DNA of 62,293 bases, counting the filler, from Basidiobolus ranarum (taxonomy: Eukaryota), in NCBI GenBank assembly GCA_040143965.1. It is 7 parts of 7 records of this genome, joined end to end, with 100 filler letters (N's around TTAATTAATTAA, not from the genome) between each part and the next. Parts side by side here need not be neighbours in the genome. Positions count along the whole stretch, not along the records: positions 8,935 to 17,763 come from JASJQH010007790.1; positions 17,864 to 26,691 come from JASJQH010007791.1; 5 more parts are not named here. One strand, 5' to 3'. Below the pieces are notes generated by a model that saw only the letters and a list, made by a program, of their open reading frames with translations, did not search any database and was not told the origin of the DNA. A program made the translations under genes and the position numbers. Shown piece after piece: positions 13,136-25,922 of the stretch (within the stretch, counting starts at the first letter, position 1; the number at the start of each line of letters is the position of its first letter).

Positions 13136-14296
13136 CTCCTGCAATTGTTACTCACTTTTCAGCAAGACAGGTAACGTACTAAATATGGCCCTGTGAATAA
13201 GGGGTAACTTCATATTGTTTGTCATGAAAGCATCAATGGCAACTAATCACATTCAATGATCTATTACTCGTAACACAAGTGGCACTTCATGGAAATAGGA
13301 ATCACCAACATTTTGTTAATAAACACGCAGTCATCGGTGATATTGATGATCAGAAGGGAATGATATAATCTTCACAAGTAAAAGAGGTTGTTTGCGGGTG
13401 TTTCTACTAACGTAGAGAAATGATAAAACTTCGAGCATGCTTAATGACTGAATTTATCCAACTTTATTCCAGATGATCTTACCTTGCTCTGTATATAACC
13501 TATCATATGGACATGACAGTGATGCGCTAGCAGGCATGGTAGAAACAGTTACAATTACTACTCTTGGGATTGTTACTTGTTATTCATGGGAAGTATTGAA
13601 TATAATCAAACTTAAGCTGTCAATAATTTTTTTGAAACGTGTAGTCGTCTAAGATTCTGCTTTTTAGCACTTCAAACTCAGAGTATCCAAAGGTTGAAGT
13701 GATAACAGCGCCTCAACATACATTAAGATTGCTTTAATTGAGTGGCAATCGAAGTGAGCCACTATCTGAAGTAGAAGGTTCTCAACGTTGATAATACTGG
13801 CCAAGTGATTTTTCTGAATGATGCCTTTGACTAGCCCGCACTTACTTTAATAGCGGGAACCCCACAACATATAGATACCATTGCCAGTTCATGCGTCTCA
13901 TATTGACTAGGAATTAGTACTATTATGGGGAAATACTGGTAAATAACAGTGGAATTTTCTACAAACGGATGTTAAACTCTTACACATTGCTATATGTTGT
14001 TTTCATGTTTCAATTGGTACGATTATTATTGGACCTATCATAAGCTACCCAATTGTTAAATCTCTCTGAATATTGGTAGAATAATGGGTATAAATCATTA
14101 GGATTTGTCAACATCAGCTTCATACTTTAATTTGGCTAGCATATGTAGCTTTCACTTCATGTTTGTATATTTCCTGTAACTATTTTGTGAGTGTTTCGCT
14201 TGTACTACTTCTGATAAATATATTATATAATGGTTTATTCATATAAGCTATACCTTATGGTTGGTTCGTGTGAAAACTATGTCTATTGGATGAAGA

Positions 14297-15475
14297 TCAC
14301 TTACGAGGCTTAGAGCAATAACCATACTGTGCTGGCCAATTCACATCAACTTCTAGATCTTGAGCCGCCTGAAGCGCCCAAGTGGGGTTACGTAGGAATT
14401 CCCGTCCTATCAGTACCAAATCAGCTTCGTCGTTCTCAATGATCTTATTGGCTTGGTGTGCTTCAGTAATTAATCCTACTGCTCCAGTTAATAAACCTGG
14501 AACTTGATGTTTGACCTGCTCAGCGTATGTTACTTGGAAGCCAGGCTTAGCTGCGATCTTTTGTGTGGAAACGTTGCCACCTGTAGAACAATCCAACAGA
14601 TCAACACCCAGAGGGTAGATTCTTTTGGCAAACTCGATCGTATCGTCAATTGACCATCCCTTTTCAACCCATTCGAAGGCAGAAATACGGAAGAATAAAG
14701 GCTTTGCGACCGGCCACACTTGACGAATAGCTTGAATTATCTCAACAGCAAGTCGCACTCTATTTTCAAAGCTACCTCCATAATCATCAGTACGCTGGTT
14801 ACTAATTGGAGAAAGGAACTCACTGATCAGGTAACCATGAGCACCATGGATTTCGAGAACATCGTATCCTATCTGATCTGCACGAATGGCTGCATCTACA
14901 AATGCTTGCTTAACGATGACGATATCACTTAGAGATATTTCATGAGGCACTGCCCAACCTTCATCCCAGCTAATGGGAGATGGGGCCCAGATGTCTTCCC
15001 AGCCACCCTGTGCACTTGTGAGAGTTTCTCGGTCAGATTTGTTAACGATGAAAGGTGGAGGAGTGGATGCCTTGCGACCTGCATGGCCGATTTGTATGCC
15101 TACCATGGAACCAGCTCCATGGATATAATCTACAACTCTCTTCATTGGGATCATGTGTTCATCTTTCCATAAACCGACACAATTGGGAGAAATTCTACCA
15201 TTAGGGAGTACTGCAGTAGCTTCTACGATGATTAAACCGGCACCATAATTGGCATATTGACCTAAATGTACAAGATGAAAATCGTTCATAAAGCCATCCT
15301 CAGCAGAATACATACATAAGGGCGGGACTGCGATGCGGTTCTTTAATGTCACATCACGTATAGTTAAAGGCTTGAAGAGACCAGGGATTTGGCCTTGATG
15401 AGTGGGAAGTACTGTGCCGGGGGCTGGTTTGGCTTTCTGAACAAACTGAGAAGAAATATTTTGAAGTATAGTCAT
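14297..15475 (-). CDS. NADH:flavin oxidoreductase / Old Yellow Enzyme, YqjM(NamA)-like class; intronless, 392 aa
   Basis: LFKPLTIRDVTLKNRIAVPPLCMYSA, QIGHAGRKAS, EIHGAHGYLISEFLSP..N.RTDDYGGSFENR, GREFLRNP.W, WPAQY; first ATG at 15475. Confidence 0.95.
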   Translation of the reverse strand: MTILQNISSQFVQKAKPAPGTVLPTHQGQIPGLFKPLTIRDVTLKNRIAVPPLCMYSAEDGFMNDFHLVHLGQYANYGAGLIIVEATAVLPNGRISPNCVGLWKDEHMIPMKRVVDYIHGAGSMVGIQIGHAGRKASTPPPFIVNKSDRETLTSAQGGWEDIWAPSPISWDEGWAVPHEISLSDIVIVKQAFVDAAIRADQIGYDVLEIHGAHGYLISEFLSPISNQRTDDYGGSFENRVRLAVEIIQAIRQVWPVAKPLFFRISAFEWVEKGWSIDDTIEFAKRIYPLGVDLLDCSTGGNVSTQKIAAKPGFQVTYAEQVKHQVPGLLTGAVGLITEAHQANKIIENDEADLVLIGREFLRNPTWALQAAQDLEVDVNWPAQYGYCSKPRK

Positions 15476-15553
15476 GTTAAAAGTCTGGATTTGTAGTGCT
15501 AAATACCTGTGATAAAAAGCACTCACTATATATACTAGTATAGATACTACAGA

Positions 15554-15869
15554 TTAGTAATATATAGAGCGAAAACAACAACAGCCTATTTCATCATCGG
15601 CTTACTAATCATCACTTTGCTGACTAATTTAAAGTGAAATTGATCTTGACTTTCTCCACATAAAAACATATCTCCAAGTAATTAGTTTAAGTATATGAAG
15701 TATCGAAGTTGGCACCATTTGGCAATATAAAATGTAAGCAGTGTTCTTAGTCAGGAATGGTAGGTGATCTTGCTTAAAGCAGTAATCACAGTTCAAAAAC
15801 AAACAGTATGATCTCTCCTCAGCAATTATGTTTACTTTATAATAGTATGAGCTAAATAAGCATTACTAA
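15554..15869. promoter_or_regulatory. Cluster of Yap1/AP-1-type elements (TTACTAA/TGACTAA) upstream of the OYE gene
   Basis: TTAGTAA 15554, TTACTAA 15602, TGACTAA 15621, TTAGTCA 15747, TTACTAA 15863. Confidence 0.55.
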
Positions 15870-17397
15870 CAAAATCCTAACATATCGATTCTGATGTACG
15901 AGCAAAATAGTGAAGTACTCGTTGTCAAATATAGCACTAAGTGCTTAGATTTAGCGTATATTACTAGTTATATCACCATTAAATCACACAATTGAACTCG
16001 ATTAATATACATGTTCAACAGAATAGTGAGTCAGTAAGCAAGGAATGCTACTGACCTAGCTAACAATATTTTGGAACTAACTAGCATCACTAAAGTAAAT
16101 AGTAATAAAGCCACTACAGATTATAGAAGCTCTATCCGGTTTTGAGAGTTTCAATGTTAATATCTAATCTTGCTGTTTACAATACTTTTCAAACCCCTAC
16201 TTCTCTTAAGTTCGATGGACTTTGGAAAATTAGTTCACCTGAAGTGAGTTATAATCCTATATTTATGATCAATACGAGTGTTGTACACGTCGAAGGAATT
16301 CTTAATTGTGGAAGATAAGGCTATGATAGCACTGCTAATACAAGCATCGAAGAGAAGTCCTATTAATATCCAGATTTAGTACAGCTATAACTTGACTTTT
16401 GCGGCTCCAAGGGTCGTGAGTAAAAGAGCATGATTTGCTCAAACAAACTAGGGAAAGAATTGAACGATTCAAGGAATGCATGAAGATTCTGGAAGAGTTT
16501 ACTCTGGCCCCGTCAGCCAGGCAATTCTGTAAAAAAGGGTGGTATTCTCGGCAATGCCATTGATCGCATTATTGCACTCAGGGAAGAATGAGAAAAGGTC
16601 GAGAAGAAACAAGGCCTCCACTGCGGAGTTACCAAGCAATAAGGAAATAAAGATATTCGTAACTGCCGAGGATGATATTCTTGGAGAAGAGTAAGCTTCT
16701 TAAGGAGATATATTTAGTAGTGTTGGATTTGCCTACTTCAATCTAACTCAAGTTCACCGGAGTGGTGCCGGATCAATAATATTAAAAGGCAAGCCGTCCT
16801 CATATATATCATTCAGTCACAATTTAAGTAATGATAAAATAGCGAATCTGATTACCAGACTTGTAACAAGGATTCTGACTGCTTTTTTGATAACACTACC
16901 TGTGCCAAAAACAACTGTTCTCTCTTTTAAGCCTAATTTTGTATTTGGGGAATGTTTCATAAATAAATACTGGATCAATTATTTATTCGACGTGAACAAT
17001 CAAATTAATTTATCACTTAAAAATAAAAAGCGAATTTTTCAAGTTTGTGGACTGGGTCATTATAGTAAGAACCAGAGTCATGGAATATTAAAATGTATTG
17101 AATGAAAACAAACCTCCATACGATCGTATTGCTTCAATTACTCGCTCATAGGAGGGAAAATTCAGATTTCTCAGCAACTGCGATCCCTCTTGTCATACTC
17201 ACACTAGATGTGAGATCAAGCGGGAAAACCACTTTACCCACTACTCATTCTCCACCCCGCTTTCTCCACTAGCTAAATTGATTAATTCCAGTGAAGAAAG
17301 ATCTGAAAGCAAATATAATTACTAATAGGTTCGAATAACCGTATGATAAAAGGCCTATTGAGACTGGACGTTAGTAAAATATTCCAAATATCTCATA

Positions 17398-17763
17398 ATG
17401 AACCAAAGTATTAAGACTGTCGCTGTAGCTGGAGGAAGTGGAGGGCTTGGTATCTTTATCACTAATGCACTTATTCGCAATAATTATCAAGTGACCGTTC
17501 TTACACGTGACACCGAAACTCAAATACCTGGTGCCAAAACTGTGACTGTAGATTATCATAACCACGATGACCTTGTTGAGGCACTCCGAGGTATTGATGC
17601 AATCGTCTCGACCATTTCTGGAGCCGCTCTTCTTGATGGTCAAATCATCCTTATCAATGCCGCTGTTGAGGCTGGTGTTAAGCGGTTCTTACCTTCTGAA
17701 TTTGGAGGCGACCGTCGGGGGCTGAGGTACCTAGAAGTTGACTTGAACCTTATGGTTGGGTGT
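17398..17763 (+). CDS. NmrA-like / isoflavone reductase-family NAD(P)-binding protein, 5' part (truncated by spacer)
   Basis: VAVAGGSGGLG Rossmann motif, VDY...LVEALRGIDAIVS, Q..LI.AA.EAGVKRFLPSEFG. Confidence 0.9.
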
Positions 17764-17863
17764 NNNNNNNNNNNNNNNNNNNNNNNNNNNNNNNNNNNNN
17801 NNNNNNNTTAATTAATTAANNNNNNNNNNNNNNNNNNNNNNNNNNNNNNNNNNNNNNNNNNNN

Positions 17864-20516
17864 AACATTAATACAATGATGGGCTTTGATGGAGATATTG
17901 ACACAAACTTGTGTTGGGTATGAGCAAAACCTTGGGTATGAAGAACTCTATAAAAATATTCAGGAGAATATATCCAAGAGACTAGGGATTTTGAAGGTGA
18001 CAAATTAGCATCCAAGTGGTGATTGTGTAAAATTTGAGTTATGCTTTTTGCACATGTGTTGATCCAGAGTTCTCTGAGATTGTAGCCAATCATGTGTAAT
18101 TATTTTGCAAGATCTTGAAATTTCACTCCTGAAACTGAAAAAATTGATTAAAATCAAATCTAACTTGATGATTTTATGCTGGTTAGTAAACAGTCAATCC
18201 CAAATGGATTAAAATTGTGATGGTTTCCATACAATAACAATCCTCATATTTCTGTTAGGGATGGTGTAGAGTTAGACAGACTTCTAGTAAAACTCCTATG
18301 CTTCAGATATACTGCTGCAGCAACAGATTTTGCCCAAAAGTTGTGAGATAAATTTTGTGCATTTATCATAGATCTTGCCATTTCTACTATAGTCCTGTTA
18401 GCTCTTCAGCAACTCCACTTTGTTGAGGTGTATAGGGGCCTGTAGTTTCTTGCTTAATTCCATGAACTTTGCCAAAGTGCTCAAATAGTGTTGAAGTATA
18501 TTCTCAACCATTATCTGTACATATTTTCTTGATTTTAGTTCCAGCTTCAGTCTCTACAAGTGTTTTAAAATCTCTAAAGATAGAGAGATCTTCTTCTTTT
18601 CTCTCCATAGAGTAGACCCAAGTGTATGTTGTATACTCATCAATAAATGTGATTGAAAATCTTTTTCCACCTAAGGATAAATTTTGCATGGGTCCACACA
18701 AATATCAACGAATTAGATCCAATTTTTTGACAGATTTGATTAAACCAGAGCTCTTCAACAGCTGCCTGACTTGTTTTCAATATATACAACCTTCACAAAT
18801 CTCCATTTTGGTAGGGGTGTTTATTTGATTCCAGAAATTAGGCAATTTTTGATCATTTTGCTCAAAGAATCAAATCCAATATGGCCAAATCTCTTATGCC
18901 ATAATTAAACAGTTTCTTGATTGGAATAACTTATACTTATACATAAACCTCTTTGATTATAAGTCAGTTTGTGTGAGCTCTGATCCTTTTCTCCTGAAGC
19001 TAAATAGTCATCACTTTGATTAGTGATGGTTCATTCTGACTTATTAAAATTGAATATTAGCCCTTCTGGGGTGGCCTTGCTTACAGATATTAAATTCTTA
19101 GCAATATCTGGAATGTGTAGTACATCCTTAAAAGTATACACTTTTGCTTCAGATGCTCCAGTTAAATTGACTTGAATTGTTCCCATTCTAGTAGCACCCA
19201 GTGTGCAGTCATCTCCCATCAAAACTGTTCTAATTGGGATTTCTTCATAATCCACAAACCAATGCTTTTTGTTTATAAAATGTTGGGAGGCTCCAGAATC
19301 AATATACTACATCTGAGAATCCTGTTGGTAGTCATAGATAAGGAAGATATGAACAAGTGATCTTCTGTTGTAACCACATTCCCAGATTCAGTATGTTTTT
19401 CTTCTTTTGCAATTTCTTTAAAGTAATCTTTACTTAAATGGCTAGTTCTTTTACAGTAATCACAGAATGTGTTACTTTTCTTCTTAATGTGCTTTTGACC
19501 TTTATAGGAAAGTTTCCCATAGCCTATTAAAGCATTTTTTTCAATCTTTTGGTTGGATCCTAATTTCTATAAATCTTCATCCAGAAGTCTGCCAAATACA
19601 GAATTTAAGGTCAAATTTTCAGTTCTTGATTCTAGAGCCATTACTAGGCTCCAAACTTGTGTGGCAGGCTGTTCAGGCCTGTAACTATGATATCTAGATC
19701 AGTAGTAGGTACTCCAATGCATCACATTTCATCCACTAAAATGATGACTCTTTTAATCAGTGATTTAATGTCTTCTCCTGGCTTCATCTTGAGGTTAAAT
19801 AATTGTCTTCTTAGAAACATCTTGTTGGCAGCAGAACCTGCTTGGTAGGTGTCTTCCAATGCTTTCCATACCTTCTTGACAGTTTTAGCTCTTGAACATT
19901 GAATTAACAATTTGTCTTTAACATTAAGACAAATGGTGTTAAAGGCACTATGTTCTTTTTTAACCTGGAGTAAAACTTTGGCTTAAGATAGTTTTGTATT
20001 GTATTCTTTGCCTAAAAGAATGTCACAAAGTCCTTTTTCTTGCAGCAGCTTTTTCATTTTAACTTTTGAAACTTGATAATTGGTTCCATCCAATTTTTCA
20101 GAAGAGGGAAAAGTTCCATAAATCTGAGAAGTAGACATTACAGAGAGTGCAAGCTTGGGACTCATAACCTGTTAAAGTATTTGGGAGCCTGTTGGTAGTG
20201 GTTTGGAGAATTTGAGGAACTGGTGGTTTTCTCTTATTGATTTATTGAGTAAAAAGTTGATATTTATAATTTTATCAAGATGTAAACAAGCTAACATGTC
20301 GAATATATTAAGGAGGTTCCAGGAACATGTGTGCAAAGCTTAGGGCTTCTAGCACAAGTTTAAAGAATCTATATATCTTAGAACTGCTAAGTTGGAAAAA
20401 ATATTTCAAGTAAATTCCAATTGAGAATAAGTGGTAATATCTGAGTAAATTATAAGATAACTAAGTACTAAGCTCTATAAGACTATATAGGTGCTTATGC
20501 AATGCTAATTTCAACA
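17864..20516 (-). mobile_element. 5' half of a degenerate copia family-A element: LTR (20170-20516), PBS, gag, protease, integrase
   Basis: EKLDGTNY gag N-terminus, UBN2 region, decayed Zn knuckle (CDYCKRTSH), [47 protein letters not shown]; many stops and frameshifts. Confidence 0.93.
20158..20169 (-). other. Primer-binding site complementary to the tRNAiMet anticodon arm (half-tRNA priming)
   Basis: GGTTATGAGTCC directly after the LTR; the second copy has GGTTATGAGCCC at 21684-21695. Confidence 0.8.
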
Positions 20517-21272
20517 GAAATTCACTAAGGATACAGAACCAAAGACCTCTGAAGATATTGAAATCATGAAACATATTCCTTACAATAGCTATAGTTGGAA
20601 GTCTCTTATATACAACAACTGGTACTAGGCCTGATATTGCTACAGCAGTAAGCATGGTAAGCAAATATATGGAAAATTCTGCAATGAAACATTTGATAGC
20701 TGTGAAACAGATAATATGCTATTTGAAAGGAATAATACATCACAGAATTCTATTTAGTAAGCAGTACAACATGTCCCTTATTTTGGAAGGATATGCTGAT
20801 GCAGGCTGGGCTAGTAATACAGAAGACCATAAGTCCAGAACTGGATATGTGTTCAAGCTAGCTGGTGGCCCAATAAGCTGGATTAGTAAGAAACAACAAA
20901 TTGTTACATTAGCAACTACAGAAGCAGAATATGTGGCAGGCTCTATGGCTGTTCAAGAAGCTATATGGCTAAGGAGTCTTCTCAAGGAACTAGGATATGA
21001 TCAAGCTAATCCTACCCCAATATATCATTAGTTGTATCAGATCACCAAAAACACCTGAGCATCACTTAAGGATGAAACATATTGACATAAGACACCATTT
21101 TGTATGAGAGAAAGTTCAAGACAAAGAAGTGAACTTTATTTATTGTAATACTGAGAACATGCTTGCAGATATACTAACAAAACCACTCAAAACTTCAAGC
21201 TTTGAGATGTTAAGAGCAGGAATAGGCATTAGTGAATATAAGCACAATGCTGAATAAGAATCAAGGGAAGGT
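20517..21272 (+). mobile_element. RT/RNase H 3' end of a second copia family
   Basis: VGSLLY...TRPDIA, GYADAGWAS..DHKSRTGY, SKKQQIVTLATTEAEY, KHIDIRHHF, MLADILTKP; purine tract near 21262-21271. Interrupted at its 5' side by the family-A LTR. Confidence 0.88.
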
Positions 21273-21539
21273 ATTGGATAATTAATCTTTATTCAATATC
21301 TTAGTTAACTTTTGTTATGCTACATATATCAGAAACAGAAAGCAATGTATCTATAGCCCTTATATTTGAAATAGGAATATCTCTATATCTATATAACAAG
21401 TATTTCTTACTATCCCTACTTATCTATTATATCTTATTACTCACACTCCTGAATATCTCAAACAATTGACTTGCTTTTCTATTATATAAGTCACCATATA
21501 CTTTTAAGAATAAAGTAACTAAAACACACTATCATAAGT

Positions 21540-22037
21540 TGCTTCTAGTACACAAAGTCTACCCCCATTTTGTCAAGATCCTCCAACATTTTCCAAACTT
21601 GATAATTATTTCCATCCAATTTTTCAGAAGAGGGAAAAGCCCCATAAGTTTGAGAAGTAGACATTACAGAGAGTGCATGCTTGGGGCTCATAACCTGTTA
21701 AGGTATTTAGGAGCCTGTTGGTAGTGGTTTGGAGAATTAGAGAAATTGGTGGCTTTCACTCATTGATTCATTGAGTTGAAAGTTGACATTTATAGTTTTG
21801 TCAAGATGTAAACAAACTAACTGGTAGATTTGCTAAGGAAGGTGAACATGTGTGTGATGTTTGGGGCTTCTAGCACAAGCTTGAAATATCTATATATTTG
21901 AGAACTTCTAAGTTGGTAAAATTATTGTTAGTAAATTCCAATTGAGAATAATAGGTGATATCTAGGAGAAATATTGGATAATTAAGCACTAAGCTACACA
22001 TGACTATATAGATGTCTAGGCTATGCTCATTTCAATA
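21540..22037 (-). mobile_element. Copia family-A LTR (21696-22037) with PBS and gag start fragment
   Basis: LTR, then GGTTATGAGCCC, then MSPKHALSVMSTSQTYGAFPSSEKLDGNNYQVWKM. Confidence 0.9.
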
Positions 22038-23848
22038 TTTACAACAGCTATGTCCAGCTGCTGTGAAAGCAAAGATCTAGTATTAATATAGAAGTATTAC
22101 CAAATGATGCATGTGGACATTGAAAACTATTAACGATCAATGGAAATGAAAAACTTGTTGTGTGGAAATGTTGAAATATTCAATGTATGCTAAAGGAATA
22201 TCTGAAATGAGCAATTATAACACTTACAATAGGTATTTAACTTCTAGTACTGTGGAATGTGGGAGACGGATTGTTGGTGGTTGATGAGCTAGTAAAATAC
22301 AAGGTAATCGTGAACATCACATGACAAAAATCCAGGTTGGTGATTTTAGCTTAGACAATACGGGTAATGAAACCAATGTCACTGGGTTGGGTGACTAGGT
22401 CGGGTCACTTCATTGCTTCAATGGACACAATGTGCGATTGTGTATGAATTAAGAGTGAGATTGATTGTCCTGAGTGTTTCAGATACCTTGATTCTTTCTA
22501 CTACACAACGAATCCCTAAGACATAGATCGTTCTAATTCGTAGTGTATAAATATCCCGGTCCTGGGATGGCTAGTTCTTTGCTAACTCTTATACATTGAT
22601 CTTCTTAACAACATGCCAAGCACATTACTTAGTAACACTGAGTACATAAAATCTTTACAACTTCGTATGCTCTCGAAAATCTTTGAGCCTGCTTTAGCCA
22701 CGTTACAAAAAACCGGAACGCACCCTGGCTTCCAGAGCAAGTTTCTTTTTAGTAAATCCATGAAAAAGACATCGAAAGGCCTGCTTACCATAACTGAAGA
22801 CCCTCATGAATATTAAAGATAGAAAGTAGCCGTAGGTATAATCCTTCTCTAAGTTTTAGCTTTTAAGACACTTCCTAAATCACCCATGTAAATGACTGCT
22901 TGTCCATAATAAAACACTTTTCAATCAACTTCTAGATTCTGTATCCGTGCCTGTACCTGGACTTCTCCTAATTTGTTGAGCAGGATATTATGATGCTTAA
23001 TATTCCAGAATATGCGAACTCGAACCTGAAATCATCAGCTGCAAACGGATAGGTATTTCTAGATCACCATCATGAGTACATCTCTATTCGAGTCTCTTAA
23101 CCTCGGTTCACCACATTAAGAAAGTATTTGGCTCTAATCCACCATCGCTCGCCATCGCTCTAATAATACACATTGGCTACATTGGTCATCTGCTGCATTG
23201 TCTTGATCTGGGTGAGAAATTTGAGTGTGCATAATGTTCGAGCCCTTGGAAATTCCAATTCTTAAACGAATTAACATGTAGTTGATCTTTCCGGCTCATC
23301 AGTCTAACCAGATTCAACATGGATAAAGAAAGATTCTGGAGTGGTCAGCGATAAGATGAACTTTATCCATCCGCTGTATGCAAGTACAGTCATTGGAGAA
23401 TTTTCTAGATTTCTTTAGAGTTGGGATGAATCCTATCTTAATGTAGATAAATGAATGACTAATTTATTAATAACCAATTTACTCTAGAGTAGCAACTGAT
23501 TTATTTATGAAGGAGTAACAACTTATTCAAGAGTAGCAGTCGCCAAACGTCAACCGCCACTAGCATGGCTGGAGATTAGATATGGTGGCAAACTGATTTC
23601 TTCTGGTTCGATTAATTGGTCAATGTATCCTGAATAGGTTAATACTTACTACATTGTGGATCTAATTTAGGAGAGGAGAGGAGAGAATCAACACACTTGG
23701 AGAATAATGACACCTTCGACGTTCCTGGCTCATTCCCTGATTAGTACAAGTCTGGGTTCATGGAAAGATGGCATTTTCTACAAGGTTGATCGATCACTTA
23801 GGCATATATAAATGAGATGGATGAGGAGGAGTCAGTATTTTAATTTCA

Positions 23849-25235
23849 ATGACTACAACACATCACAACTTCATCAACATTGATGAGTACTACGGAGATA
23901 CTTCTCACAAGTACGTCTATTTACACTTCTTAGCTTTGATTACATAAGTACTGATCTAATCCTCAATAGTAATTACACGCTGATAGTGCGACAGCAACCC
24001 AAAAGAGCAAAGCGTAGCAGTATCAAGGATAAAATCGGTGAGAAGCCGATGGATCCACCACCTATTGTTCAAGTGAAGATTGGCAATGATAATCCAGAGG
24101 ATAACGAGTAAGTATGAGGTACATCCCGTACCTTTTTCTGAGCATGCTGACCAGTAATAACATCTTCACAAGTAATAACATCTTCACTGTAGTTACCTGC
24201 TTCAACATCCAGGGTTATTCATGCTTGCAGAACTAGTCGGACCTGAGGATGTTATGGAAGAACCCATCCCAGCCACAGCCATCGTTGGGACTCTCTGTTC
24301 TTCTCTATACAAACTCAAGGATATCAACAACACATATGGGGGATTTTTCATTTTCCCCGAAATCTCAGTAAGAGTCGAGGGGGATTTCCGATTGAAATTC
24401 AAACTGTACGAGATAATATCGTATGTAACTTAATATTCAATGACCTGCCTATCTACCGTTACTAACGATCCAATTAGTGGTCAATCTATCTTGATGAAAT
24501 GCACCTATTCAGATATCTTCACAGTATATTCGTCCAAACATTTTCCGGGAATGGAAGAGTCCACCTTTTTGTCCCGCTCATTCTCGGACCAAGGTGCCCG
24601 TATCCGAATTCGTAGGGGTAGCAAGATGCTAAACAGATCGTAAGTGGTGACATATCACTTTTGTAGGCTTCACTTGGAACTAACTTTTTGCGTGTACTAG
24701 CTCCCTACCTGGTAACACATCCAGATACCTCGAGAACAAACGTAAATCCATCGATAGCCAATGTTCCGAGCCACTATACACATCACCGAATAAGAGTCGT
24801 CGACGGTCCATCTTTCGTGAAGGAAATGATCTAGCTTCGGACGAAGAAGGCATACCGTTTCAAATGACACTTCAAGAGATTTCACCAAAACTGAACCCCA
24901 ACTTTTCATTTACGGAATTAAACTCGGCACTGGACAACTCGAACAGAAAGGAGCATCTGGATTCGATAAGTTCCTACATCCACACCCATTCAGCACCCAC
25001 GAGTGCTGGCTTAAATAATTCAGACGATATCTCATGGAGGTTGAGAGCAAATTCCGATAGCCATTGCAGATCTAAATATTTACCGAATACTGATCCGAGA
25101 AGAAATATCGAGGAAATCTTGCGTAAAAGCGAGTATCAGATATTCAACACTTTGTTTGAATCTTATTTACACAAAAATCGGATACCTGTATCAATACGGC
25201 AAGATGACGCTACTTTGAACTTATCGTCTGTGTAG
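23849..25235 (+). CDS. Velvet-domain regulator (VosA/VelB/VelC family); exons 23849-23910, 23970-24107, 24193-24420, 24478-24639, 24701-25235
   Basis: [33 protein letters not shown]...[62 protein letters not shown]; four consistent phase-2 introns. Confidence 0.95.
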
Positions 25236-25922
25236 TACGTCATGTCTCCTCCCCTTGCTTTCAATTAGTCTGTTCCTTCACCTTCTAATCCTCAGTCCAT
25301 ATTTAGTATTATGTACAATAGTATTGTGATCTAGACCACCAAGGATAACTAGATCGATAAATAGGCTTAATTAATTGATCGAATCGTAGTTGTGTTTCGT
25401 CAAAAATAAATCTGTAGATTTCGGCTAATCATTGGAGACTCTTTAATCCTGGAAATTTAGCTAATTTAGGATGGGGCTTTCAATACCAAGGATGGCCTCA
25501 TTTCTATATATCCCTACATATCACCAACCCTTTCTTGTTACATAAGCTCTACGGCGAAGCCCTAGACGCAACTATTTCAGATTATCCTACACATGCTCCT
25601 TTAGCAAGCAGAGTTGAAACAAATGGAATCAAGGTCTAGAAAGAAATATTTCTAATCCATACTTTTCCATACCAATGTGCTTATATTTATCTCATTTGTG
25701 TTCTAAAATCTGTAGATCATTTAGAATAACATAAGCCACCCTACGTATTTATATATATAACTTAATCAACACTACAAATCAATCATCCATATTTGGCATT
25801 TCGATGTTTTCATGAGCGTAACAAAAGTGTTCTTTACTAAGGATGAACTAAGTATCTATTGCTCTTAACACACTAAAGAAACTCCTTCGCGTTCCAATTT
25901 TATAGCCCGTTTTAAAAAAGAA

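Noticed and set aside
17325-17342. GGTTCGAAT T-loop-like motif (also TTCGAATCC near 27094)
   Set aside because: No cloverleaf can be built around either site.
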